A DNA stretch of 64,000 bases, taken from contig OY843592.1 in assembly GCA_963692865.2 (NCBI GenBank), forward strand, positions 768,001-832,000, read 5' to 3'. Position numbers and translations under genes: made by a program. Positions 10,201 through 17,624 of the stretch are shown here, piece after piece. The notes under the pieces are model-generated. The model searched no databases and was not told the origin of the DNA. It saw only the letters and a program-made list of their open reading frames with translations. Each line of letters starts with the position of its first letter. Within the stretch, counting starts at the first letter, position 1. This DNA comes from a bacterium (GTDB taxonomy: Bacteria; UBA8248).

Positions 10201-10398
10201 ATTCTTGCCGACGCGCATGGAGGTGGCGTTCTCGCTCTCGCTCATGTTGCTGACGACAGTGGCGGCGCGGGCGTCCGGCGGGGCGAGCAGGTCCCCGGCC
10301 GGCAGCAGGATCAGGGCGAGGAGCGAAGCGAGCGCGAGGGCCGGGAGACGAACAAGCGTCGGGATTCGGGGTTTGGCGGTGCAACCGTTCGATGTCAA
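4243..10398 (-). CDS. Giant fibronectin type III repeat autotransporter (surface adhesin-like)
   Basis: TTG start at 10398 behind AAGGAG, then a signal peptide. Nine FN3 repeats (SWT.GGDGGSAITKWQY...GLTNGT.Y.FKVRAVN) and six shorter Cys-pair modules. C-terminal beta-barrel (WLARFGR...SMWGRG...PY.G) ending in LRGSLRW. Confidence 0.88.
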   Translation of the reverse strand: MTSNGCTAKPRIPTLVRLPALALASLLALILLPAGDLLAPPDARAATVVSNMSESENATSMRVGKNLVGHVIKVVDLRKHATSFTTGPAAVGHTLNSITTKFANKVGSPAGFKAGIFTDSAGSPGSEVVTLSGNAPDTRGDYTYTCSGSGCDLKGSTTYWLVFAAPDGADGTNHYAWRNTTSDAQTQTPANNGWSIGNDDKYQRTPPQWYSDNSMGSGLFSVDATEIVALTVDAVTGTTARLTISGHTDEWWYKHASGTCSSKVSAGNSTANVSTLTPGTEYTFTAYSDSCVTELATAAAFTTPTAPPAPSKPGVDYDDQSVTLSWTSGGDGGSAITKWQYAISADNFITWKDLTTSGTNPITATVSGLTNGTPYIFKVRAVNAVGNGAASPASDVVTPAAAKLTATNVKAKSATLTLTGHTGDWWYIKKKPTPEGPCTKASGTTMNLTNLTPSTTYEYSGYSASGCPTTLTIEGADEAFTTAAVSAPPAPTKPGVTAGAASAALSWASSGDGGSAITKWQYAESTDNYGSWTDICTTTNDSNCPSKIGYTVSGLTNGTAYKFKVRAVNAIGNGAASPESDSITPATTPPAPTKPGMTAENQSAALSWTSGGDGGSAITKWQYVKKEGSSPFETTWKDLTVQGTGPITATVSGLTNGTKYKFKIRAVNAKGDGAASPESNEGTPAATRSLTSGAVNITSATLTISGQPGDWWYSQDLPTTTNPLCVKVVSPATTATLTTLKPSTSYRFIAYSSPSCNSSELIPGATANFTTKAPTAPPAPGKPGATSGNQSVELSWTSGGDGGSAITKWQYVKKEGNSPFETTWKDLTTNGTNPIAATVSGLTNGTAYKFKVRAVNAIGDGAASPESGLITPATTPPAPGKPGVTAGSQSVALSWTSGGDGGSAITKWQYVKKEGNNPFEATWKGLTTSGTGPITATVSGLTNGTAYKFKVRAVNAKGDGAASPESDGVTPSDETLTVSGITKNGATLTIGNHLGGWWYKHASGTCSVEQTGKAASVTNLAANTSYAFTAYSDSCATAVATAAAFTTLPPKPATPTAASGAGSGKLILASSVTGNADLSRWEYKKKEAGGNFDQDWTGVAATSRTLNHVVSGLTDGTDYVFKVRAVNASGDGEESDESVAAAPADETLTVSNVTKNGATLTIGNYPGNWHYKHASGTCSTEQTGTTASVTNLAANTSYTFTAYSDSCATAVATAVAFPTLPPKPAKPTAMPGAGNGKLTLASSVTGNADLRRWEYKKKPENGNFDPDWTGVDATSRTLNHVVSGLTDGTDYVFKVRAVNASGDGEESDESASVMPVASTLTANSIEAATATLTIANHAGDWWYRYVSPAGGACSSKIDIGTLTASLVNLTPGTDYAFKAYGDKDCLVELASAPPFLTKPGKTTGVVIVAALNEQLRVSWTDVRSATSYKVQWKSGNESWDATSRQAGATGAEHTITGLTNATEYTLRVAAVNATGDGAWSNEAGGAPEAGPTTTAPLAPSMPGVAAGDARVALSWTPGGDGGSAITKWQYVRKEGGKPFETIWRDVPDSGASTRSHTVTGLTNGVAYRFKVRAVNAVGAGAASPESAAATPAAPAAPPTGWLARFGRAAGSGAVEMITGRMNAPAPEGAKMTIGGHGVDLNEDIERLLAKQGGASGGLARRGTAGGPGYRETTVSELLRGGSFHLASAKEAEAVPGGRWSMWGRGAQTSFEGGGAQGDVTTAMLGMDYEKDGVLLGVALSHARGKGGFGSAGRSGVEAKLVSAHPYLRFALNERISVWGVLGMGRGEMTLEEKGRKIETDLETRMGAFGVRGELAKVGGFDLALKSDALLAQTDADAAGGLAAVSAEATRLRLMLEASREVAMENGGAFTPSVEAGLRHDGGDADEGVGVEVGGSLHFANPAWGLTLELRARGLITHEGEDAADWGAGGMIRIDPGEAGRGLALTVEPAVGETAGGAGRLWGVEDASRLAREEAGDTDPRVRAEVGYGLAAWGGLLTPYAGLSASEDGGAYRLGGRFRVGERLSMSVEGGVRERQDDDPVHGVALRGSLRW

Positions 10399-10854
10399 GA
10401 TGTTTCTCCTTTCGTCGTTCCAGGAATTTTTTATTTTTTTCGACTCCCGGTTCGGAAGCGGACACACTTATAAATGACTATTCAATTAAATTTCGGCCCC
10501 TCGTCGTCGCCCAGCCGTTTTCGCTCCCCGCCCTTGCATACCGGAAAGCGCCGCCGCCGGATCCGGCGCCTTGCGCGTTTCGCCGGGGAATCGGACGCCT
10601 TGAAGGCGCAATCCCCCGAATCACCGCACGAAACGGCGTCCTCGAAACTCCCGGACGCATTTCAGGCCGTTCGGCGCACAGTCCATGACGGGGAATGGAA
10701 GGGGGGCTTCCGCTTTTTCGGCCCCCGCAGGAGCCGCCTCGCGATCAGCGGAAATCCGTGAAACAACCTTGCATGGATTATATGCCAAGTATAATTTTGG
10801 GCGATTCGATTCGAGTTGTCAAGCGGGGATAATGAGGAGGCGTTGAACAACTCT

Positions 10855-11400
10855 TCTCCGCCTCATCCCGAGTAGCGGCGAAGCCGCGTATCGAAGGGCG
10901 AAATTCGCGTCCCGCCGGTTGGATGCGTTCCCCCATCCTTCGATACGGCGCTTGCGCGCCTGCTCAGGATGAGGAAAGAGGCGTCGGCGGTTCGCGGGGG
11001 GTCGAAGAGGGGGGTTTTTCAACAGCCCCTTGTCAGGGGGGTAAAAAAACAACGCCCTCCTTGACGGGGAGGCGAGAAAAAACCCCTTTGTCGGGCCTGT
11101 TGAAAAACCCTGTTTGCGTGATTCGGCGCATGTAATCGACAGACGAGAGAGAAGATACGCTCCCCCCTTGAGGGGGCTGTTGAAAAAGCCGGAGAGAGAC
11201 AATTTGTTTGCAGGTGACAACCCCTCCTCGGGGTTGTCCCACGCATATCGAACGGCGATGGGCCGCATGATATGTCAGACATATATGTCCGACCCGCGCC
11301 ATCCTCGCGTTTTGCGTAGCAGGACAGGCGCGGAGGCCTGTCCCTGCGGTTGCCATCCGCAAAAAAACCGGGCGGACACATCGGTCCGCCCCTACAAGCC
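10855..11400. repeat. Composite intergenic repeat cluster (BIME-like CCTCATCC.GAGTAGCGGCGAAGCCGCGTATCGAAGG pair, GGCTGTTGAAAAA IS-end-like motifs, CCCCCTTGAGGGGG, REPs)
   Basis: Motifs recur at 12553-12888, 15176-15664, 53088-53412 and 54831-55095. Confidence 0.8.
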
Positions 11401-11437
11401 GAACTGATCGATCAGAGAGAATACGAACCCCGAAACC

Positions 11438-12535
11438 CTAATACACGTCCGTCGTGCTCTCGCCGACGGCCTGCTGCTTGGGACGCCAGCGCAGGAGGTA
11501 GCGCTCCAGCCAGTTCACCGCCGCGTTGGCGATCAAGACAATGAACATGAGCAGGATGAGTCCCGCGAACGAGCCCGCGATGTTGAAGAGGTTGCTCGTG
11601 TGCTGGATCATGAAGCCCAGACCCTTGCTCGCCGCCATGAACTCGCCCAGGATGGCCCCGATGATGGCGAAGGGAACGCCGATCTTGAGGCCCGTCAGTA
11701 TCCAGGGCATCGCGGCGGGCAGGGTTACCTTCCAGAGAACCTGCATCTCGTTCGCGCCCATCACCTGGGCGAGGTTCTTGAGGTTCGGGTCCACGCCCCT
11801 GAGGCCCGAGTAGGTGTTCATGAAGGTGAGGAACAACACCAGGCTCACCGCCAGCACGATCTTCGACTCCACCCCGATGCCGAACCAGATGATGAGGATC
11901 GGCGCCATCGCCACGCGCGGGATGCCGTTCACCGCGACGATGAAGGGGTCGAGAATCTCGGCCAGGGTCTCGAGCCGCGCCAGTATGAAACCTAAGGCTA
12001 TCCCCAACGCCGCGCCCAGGACGTAGCCCAGGAACGCCTCGTACATCGTCGTCCACGTGTCGATGAAGAGGCTGCCCGAGAGGGTTATCTCCACCAGGTA
12101 GCTCAGGACGCGCAGGGGGGAGCCGAACCAGAACGGATCGACGCAGAGCCACTGCTTGGGGCCGATCTCCAGGGCGCTGAGTTCCCACATGGCGAGAAAG
12201 CCGACGGCGAATGAGGCCCGGTAGGCGAACATGCGCATCTTCTGGTTCTTGATGATGCGCCCGGTGCGCGTGATGGATACGTCCACGAACGCGATGGCGT
12301 GGAAGAACATGCCCGTCACGGAGCACATCATGTAGCCCGCCGCGGCGAGGCCCAGCAGGAGCGCGCCTATCAGGTAATCGCCCCGCCAGAGCTGCGGAAC
12401 GCCAGGAAGGGGGATCGTCAGGAGAAACTCGCCCCACTTGGGCAGCCTGACGCGGGCGGCAGCCGCCTGCGCGGCCTGCTCCGCATCGTTCGTTCCCTTC
12501 TCCCCGCTCGCCTCTTTATCGATCATGTCGGCCAT
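11438..12535 (-). CDS. NitT/TauT family ABC transporter permease
   Basis: IPRVAMAPILIIWFGIG, EAA-like LAQVMGANEMQVLWKVTLPAAMP, GEFMAASKGLG. Confidence 0.9.
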   Translation of the reverse strand: MADMIDKEASGEKGTNDAEQAAQAAAARVRLPKWGEFLLTIPLPGVPQLWRGDYLIGALLLGLAAAGYMMCSVTGMFFHAIAFVDVSITRTGRIIKNQKMRMFAYRASFAVGFLAMWELSALEIGPKQWLCVDPFWFGSPLRVLSYLVEITLSGSLFIDTWTTMYEAFLGYVLGAALGIALGFILARLETLAEILDPFIVAVNGIPRVAMAPILIIWFGIGVESKIVLAVSLVLFLTFMNTYSGLRGVDPNLKNLAQVMGANEMQVLWKVTLPAAMPWILTGLKIGVPFAIIGAILGEFMAASKGLGFMIQHTSNLFNIAGSFAGLILLMFIVLIANAAVNWLERYLLRWRPKQQAVGESTTDVY

Positions 12536-12552
12536 GTCAATTCCCCTCTCAT

Positions 12553-12888
12553 GGGGCTGTTGAAAAAGCCCTGTTCACCCGGAACTCACCCTCCACCGGC
12601 TCGGCTGCGGACTGCGCTCATGAGCAGCATCGCCGACCGACGAGAGAGAAGAGAACCACTCCCCTCTTGTTGAGGATAAGGCACAATCAACGAGAGAGGA
12701 AATTCACTCCCCCCTTGAGGGGGTTGTTGGTAAAACCGGAGAGAAACAATTTGTTTGTAGGGGTCGCATATCATGCGACCCTGATTTTCGCCTCCACAAG
12801 GCGGGCCGCATGATATGCGGCCCCTACAAAAACCATTCCTCCCCGGTCACGTAAAACACTCTTCGTCAGGACCTTTTTCAACAACCCC
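12553..12888. mobile_element. MITE, ~336 bp, with 16-bp terminal inverted repeats and 5-bp target site duplication CTCAT
   Basis: Left end GGGGCTGTTGAAAAAG, right end CTTTTTCAACAACCCC (15/16 match). CTCAT at 12548-12552 and 12889-12893. Internal GTAG-REP doublet at 12757-12827. Confidence 0.75.
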
Positions 12889-12889
12889 C

Positions 12890-13705
12890 TCATCCGCTCT
12901 CTGAACCCGCGGACCCGTTTTTCATCCAGTCCTCGCTGCGCTGGACCTCCTCGCGCAATTCCTGCCACAGCTGATCGTAGGTCTTGCGAAACGCCTCCTC
13001 GCTGTGGATGGTGAAAACGTCGCGCGGACGCGGAATGTCCACTTCGGCGACGCTCCTCAAGTTTCCGGGCCGGCTCGTCATGACGACCACTCGATCGGCC
13101 AGGGCGATGGCCTCGACGAGATCGTGCGTGATGAAGATGACCGTCTTACGCGCCTCGCGCCAGAGTTTCAATAGTTGATCCTGAAGGATGATGCGCGTCT
13201 GCGCGTCGAGCGGCCCAAACGGCTCGTCCATCAGGATGACATCCGGATCGTAGATAAGAGTGCGGATGATGTTGGCCCGCTGGCGCATCCCGCCCGAGAG
13301 TTCGTGGGGGTAGTGATCCTCGAACCCCGCGAGGCCGACGCGCTGGATGAGTTCACGCGCCTTGTCGTGTCTGGTCTTCTGGTCGACGCCCCGCATCTCC
13401 AGCGGAAAGGCGACGTTGTTGATGAGCGTGCGCCAAGCGTAGAGATAGTCCGACTGCGGCACGTAGCCGATATCGGTGTTGATGCCGTGCAGCTTTTTAT
13501 CCTTGTAAGTGATGGTTCCCGAGGTGGGGTGCACGAGCCCGATAATGCAGTTCAGGAGCGTGGACTTCCCGCAGCCGCTTGGCCCCACGATGGTGATGAA
13601 CTCGCCGTCTTCGATATCGAGGCTCAAATCCTCGACGGCGAGAACGCGGTTTCCCCGCGAGAAGAATTCCTTTTGCAGGTTCTTGATCGAGAGAATTGGA
13701 GGCAC
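12890..13705 (-). CDS. NitT/TauT family ABC transporter ATP-binding protein
   Basis: GPSGCGKS, LSGGMRQR, ILMDEPFGPLDAQTR, FITHD. Confidence 0.95.
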   Translation of the reverse strand: MPPILSIKNLQKEFFSRGNRVLAVEDLSLDIEDGEFITIVGPSGCGKSTLLNCIIGLVHPTSGTITYKDKKLHGINTDIGYVPQSDYLYAWRTLINNVAFPLEMRGVDQKTRHDKARELIQRVGLAGFEDHYPHELSGGMRQRANIIRTLIYDPDVILMDEPFGPLDAQTRIILQDQLLKLWREARKTVIFITHDLVEAIALADRVVVMTSRPGNLRSVAEVDIPRPRDVFTIHSEEAFRKTYDQLWQELREEVQRSEDWMKNGSAGSESG

Positions 13706-13721
13706 CGGGCATGAATCTCCG

Positions 13722-13759
13722 CCGCCGGGGAGGGGCTTCTGACGGCCTCTCCCCGGCGG
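13722..13759 (-). promoter_or_regulatory. Intra-operon stem-loop downstream of the SBP gene (mRNA stabiliser or partial terminator)
   Basis: CCGCCGGGGAG...CTCCCCGGCGG inverted repeat between the SBP and ATPase genes. Confidence 0.45.
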
Positions 13760-13783
13760 TTTTACAGAGTCAGTAGTTTCCGC

Positions 13784-14830
13784 TCACATCTTGCCGGGCA
13801 GATATTCGTCCGTCACCAGGGTGCTCCTGGGGAACGCCTTCTTGAGCTTGCCGGCAGCGATGAGCAGGTTCTGCGTAATGTCCACCGCGCGCTGCGTGAT
13901 TTTCCCGTCGAGCGAGACGGCCGTCTTCACCGCCTCGATGCTCACGCGCAGCAGGTTCTTGTCGGTCTTGGCGAAGTATAGCTGGATCTTCTTGCGAATA
14001 TCCTCCGCGCTGTGCTTGGCGATCCAGTTGTTGGCCTTGAGAAGCGCCCGGACCACCTTGCGGACGGTCTCGGGGTTTTTCTTCGCATATTCGGGCCGCA
14101 CGAGCAGGACCTCCATCATGAACTGGTCCATCTCCGGGTCGTCGCCCGCGGAGTTCGTAACGAAGGGAATGCCGATGCCCTTGAATATGGCCGTCTCCGG
14201 TACGGGAATCGTCTGGATCGCGATTTGAATCTTGTTGCGCTGCAGCGCGGCGACGAGCACAGGCCCCGCGCCCGCGCCGATGAGCTTCACCTCTTTGTTG
14301 GGCGTGTAGCCGGCCTGGCGGATCCAGTATTCACCCTGGTTGTAGGTGAGCGCGCCGGGACGCGTGGCGCCCACGGTCAGGCCCTTCATCTTCTTGATCT
14401 TTTCCTTGTAGGGCGTCTTGGCGGTGATGCCGAGCTTCTTGGCGACGTCCTTGCGGATGGCGGAGTTGACGATGCTGCGGTTGAGACAACTCATCACCGC
14501 CACGAGGGCGCCGCCCGCCTTGACGGCGTTGATCTGGTAGGTGCCCGCGGCGATGGAGAAATCCGCCTGGCCCGCGAGGTTGGCCTTGATGTCCGGCCCG
14601 CCGCCCCGCGTGGAGATGACCTCGGCGGCCAGTCCCTCCTCGGCGAAGTAGCCGTTCGCGCGCGCCACGTAGTTGCTGACGAAGGCGAGACTCTCGACCG
14701 CCTGGGTGATGACGACCCGTTTGACGGCCGACTCCGAAGGCGTGGCGGCGGTGAAGACGAGCGCCACTCCCAGGATGACCGCCAGAACCGACTTGATGAT
14801 GAAACCCCTTAGGTTCGTTCTCGTATCCAC
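13784..14830 (-). CDS. NitT/TauT (SsuA/NMT1-like) ABC substrate-binding protein
   Basis: Signal peptide, GYFAEEGL, KKNPETVRKVVRAL. First gene of an SBP-ATPase-permease operon. Confidence 0.88.
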   Translation of the reverse strand: MDTRTNLRGFIIKSVLAVILGVALVFTAATPSESAVKRVVITQAVESLAFVSNYVARANGYFAEEGLAAEVISTRGGGPDIKANLAGQADFSIAAGTYQINAVKAGGALVAVMSCLNRSIVNSAIRKDVAKKLGITAKTPYKEKIKKMKGLTVGATRPGALTYNQGEYWIRQAGYTPNKEVKLIGAGAGPVLVAALQRNKIQIAIQTIPVPETAIFKGIGIPFVTNSAGDDPEMDQFMMEVLLVRPEYAKKNPETVRKVVRALLKANNWIAKHSAEDIRKKIQLYFAKTDKNLLRVSIEAVKTAVSLDGKITQRAVDITQNLLIAAGKLKKAFPRSTLVTDEYLPGKM

Positions 14831-15175
14831 GATTTCAGCCTCCCCTCTGGGCCGCAGGATTCGCGGCTTGCGTCATGGACTCATTCAACGCCCCGAGGCG
14901 GGGCGCACTCAGTGTATCGGGAATATATGATTCTCCTTCGATTCCTCTGCATCGGAAACACAGTAATACCGAAAGAGCATTGGATGATTTTATGATGATG
15001 ATAATGCCAGAGAATACCACGTTTCTCAAAATCGCCGCAACTTCATACGGACATTCCCGCATGAGCGAAAAGACCATCGGTCGCGAAGTTCCCGGCCGTG
15101 AAGCCTGCGTGAGCGGGGCCCTTGAAAAAGCCCCCCCCCCGACAAGGGTGATTGGGGGTAGAACGCGACCCAGGA

Positions 15176-15664
15176 GGGGCTGTTGAAAAAGTCCCGTCTT
15201 CGACCCCCGCAAACCGCCGACGCCTTTTTCCTCACCCTGAGCAGCCGCCGGAGGTCAAACGCGGCTGAGAAGGGGCTGTTGAAAAAGCCGGAGAGAGACG
15301 ATTTGTTTGTCGGTGACAACCCCGAGGAGGGGTTGTCCCACGCATATCATGCGGCCCTGCCTTTTCGCCTCCACAAGGCGGGCCGCATGATATGTCGGAC
15401 ATATATGTCTGGCCTGCGGGTAAAACGTGGTTGATGCGAGAGGGATAAGTTTTTCAACAACCCCCTCAAGGGGGGAGTGAACTTCAAAAGCGTGCGCACA
15501 ACCCAAAATCACTTCCCGGGGGTTTTTCAACAGGTCCGCATCGGTCGGGATCGACCTCCCTCATTGGCCGGAATCGACCTCCCGCATCGGTCGGGTTCGC
15601 GCCTTCGATACGCGGCTTCGCCGCTGTTCAGGATGAGGCGGAGAGGGCTTTTTCAACAACCCCC
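15176..15664. repeat. Nested MITE/REP cluster, including the element at 15272-15464 bounded by GGGGCTGTTGAAAAA...TTTTTCAACAACCCC
   Basis: Left ends at 15176 and 15272, right ends at ~15450, 15523 and 15649. Internal sequence is shared with 11175-11295 and 12720-12827. Confidence 0.75.
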
Positions 15665-15807
15665 AAAGCCCGCGCGCCCCGCCCGGGGCCGCCCTTTCCG
15701 CCGCCGGGGGAATTCGTGAAAATATGGATAAATTCGGATAAATTCACGACGTTTTTCGACAAAAAACGGAAAATTTATCATATTGATTTATATGGAGTTA
15801 CGGGATA

Positions 15808-16254
15808 TCAAGGCCCAATCGGGGGGCCGGCGGGCGACGGCTCGGGAAGTCGCCAGATGCGCGGCGAGGCGAGTTCCACGCTGTTCCCCGCCGGGTCCCG
15901 GAAGTAGACGGAGCGCCCCCCGCCGGGCCATTCGATCTCCTTCTCGACGGCGACGCCCCGCTCGGCCAGCCGCTCCCGCCAGGCGGCCGTCTCGGCCTCC
16001 CGGACGGCGAACGTCACGTGCCCCGGCCCCGCCGCGCCGTGCGTCGGCACGCCGAGCTTCGCGTCGGGCCTGGCCGTCGCCTCGGGGTTGAAGACGAGGA
16101 AGACCGCGCGCGGCCCGCAGCGAAAGAACACGTGGCGGCCCGGCGCTTTCTGAAAGGCTTCGAGGCCCAGCACGGAGCGGTAGAACGCCTCGGCCGCTTC
16201 GAGATCATCGGCGTAGACGCACGTTTCCAGGACGCCTGCGACTTCGAGGCTCAA
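15808..16254 (-). CDS. VOC/glyoxalase family protein
   Basis: LETCVYADDLEAAEAFY, GPGHVTF, SVYFRDPAGNSVEL. Confidence 0.88.
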   Translation of the reverse strand: MSLEVAGVLETCVYADDLEAAEAFYRSVLGLEAFQKAPGRHVFFRCGPRAVFLVFNPEATARPDAKLGVPTHGAAGPGHVTFAVREAETAAWRERLAERGVAVEKEIEWPGGGRSVYFRDPAGNSVELASPRIWRLPEPSPAGPPIGP

Positions 16255-16255
16255 C

Positions 16256-17032
16256 TCATCTGCCCTTCCATTCGGGCTTTCTCTTCTCCAGAAAGGCGCG
16301 CAGGCCCTCCGCCTTGTCCTCGGTCTCGCAGAGCGCGCCCTGGGCGAACTTCTCGAGCGCCAGGCCCGCCGTCATGCTCCCCTCCATGCCGTAGTGCACC
16401 ATGGCCTTCATGAACTGGGGCACGAAAGGCGCGTAGGCCGCGAGTTTTTCGGCCATCTCCCTGACGGCGGGCATGAGTTCGCCGGCCTCGACCAGCCGGG
16501 TGATGAGGCCGATCTCCAGCGCGCGCGCCGCGTCGATGGTCTCCCCCATCAGGAGCATCTCCATCGCCCAGGCGCGTCCGACGAGGCGGGGCAGGCGCTG
16601 GGTGGCGCCCCCGCCGGGGATGATGCCGATTCTCCCCTCCGGCGTGGCGAACCTGGACTGCGGCGTCGCGACTCTCAGATCACAGCCGAGCGCCACCTCC
16701 AGCCCGCCGCCCATGCAATAGCCGTTGATGGCGGCTATCGTCGCCTTGGGCGTTCTCTCCAGCCGCTCCGCCACGCCCTGCACCAGCGGGGTGAGCGCGA
16801 CCGCGAGGTTCCTGCGCTCGACTTCCTCGAGGTCCGAGCCCGAGGCGAACGCCTTCTCCCCCGCCCCGGTGACGGCGATGGCGCGCACGGCCTCGTCCCC
16901 CGCCGCCTCGGCGATGGCGGCGTGCAGATCGTCCAGCGTGGCCAGGGATATGGCATTATGCCGCTCGGGGCGGTTGATGGTGATCAGGGCGAGGGGCCCC
17001 TCGACTTCATAGAGCACGTTTTCGTATGGCAT
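16256..17032 (-). CDS. Enoyl-CoA hydratase/isomerase (crotonase) family protein
   Basis: INRPERHNA, AFASGSDL, AINGYCMGGGLEVALGCD, PE.RIGIIPGGGATQRL, EGLRAFLEKRKP. Confidence 0.92.
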   Translation of the reverse strand: MPYENVLYEVEGPLALITINRPERHNAISLATLDDLHAAIAEAAGDEAVRAIAVTGAGEKAFASGSDLEEVERRNLAVALTPLVQGVAERLERTPKATIAAINGYCMGGGLEVALGCDLRVATPQSRFATPEGRIGIIPGGGATQRLPRLVGRAWAMEMLLMGETIDAARALEIGLITRLVEAGELMPAVREMAEKLAAYAPFVPQFMKAMVHYGMEGSMTAGLALEKFAQGALCETEDKAEGLRAFLEKRKPEWKGR

Positions 17033-17096
17033 GATCGTCCTTTCTCGTGAGTGACCTGGAGGCCATTGTATTTCTCTTTTCGGGGGAAGGAAAATC

Positions 17097-17624
17097 ATGC
17101 CGCCTCAAAAGGTGCGGGAAGTGACAGGGTGCGCGCCCCGGAAATACGGGCGGTACCGCTATTTTCTGGAGGTGCGGATCGCCGAAGAACACGCGCGGAC
17201 GCTCACCGTTATCCTCAAGAACCCCTCCACGGCGTCCGCCGAGAGGAGCGACCCCACCGTGGGGAAAGTGGAAGCCTGGGCGCGAAAGAGGGGTTTCGGG
17301 CGCATCCGGTACGTGAACCTCTTCGCGCTGCGCTCGCCTTATCCCGAGGTGTTGAACGCCCATTCCTGCCGGGTGATGGTGGGGAGAGAGAACGATGCCT
17401 GGATAGAAAGAAGCCTGACCGGCGCGGACGTGGTGCTGGCCGCCTGGGGGAACCCGAACGGCGTCGATCCCGAGAAATACGAGAGAAGAATCACCGAGGT
17501 CTCGCGCCTGCTGAAAGGAGTCCGCGTCCGCGCCCTGGGGCCTCCGACCCGGCTGGGGCATCCCCGGCACGGCCTCATGTGGAACGGGGCGCTCAAGCCG
17601 CGCGAGTGGCGGTTCGCGTCTTAA
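17097..17624 (+). CDS. DUF1643 domain protein
   Basis: Motifs NPSTA...DPT, NLFALRS.YP, ND, VLAAWG and T..GHPRH, typical of DUF1643. Confidence 0.8.
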   Translation: MPPQKVREVTGCAPRKYGRYRYFLEVRIAEEHARTLTVILKNPSTASAERSDPTVGKVEAWARKRGFGRIRYVNLFALRSPYPEVLNAHSCRVMVGRENDAWIERSLTGADVVLAAWGNPNGVDPEKYERRITEVSRLLKGVRVRALGPPTRLGHPRHGLMWNGALKPREWRFAS

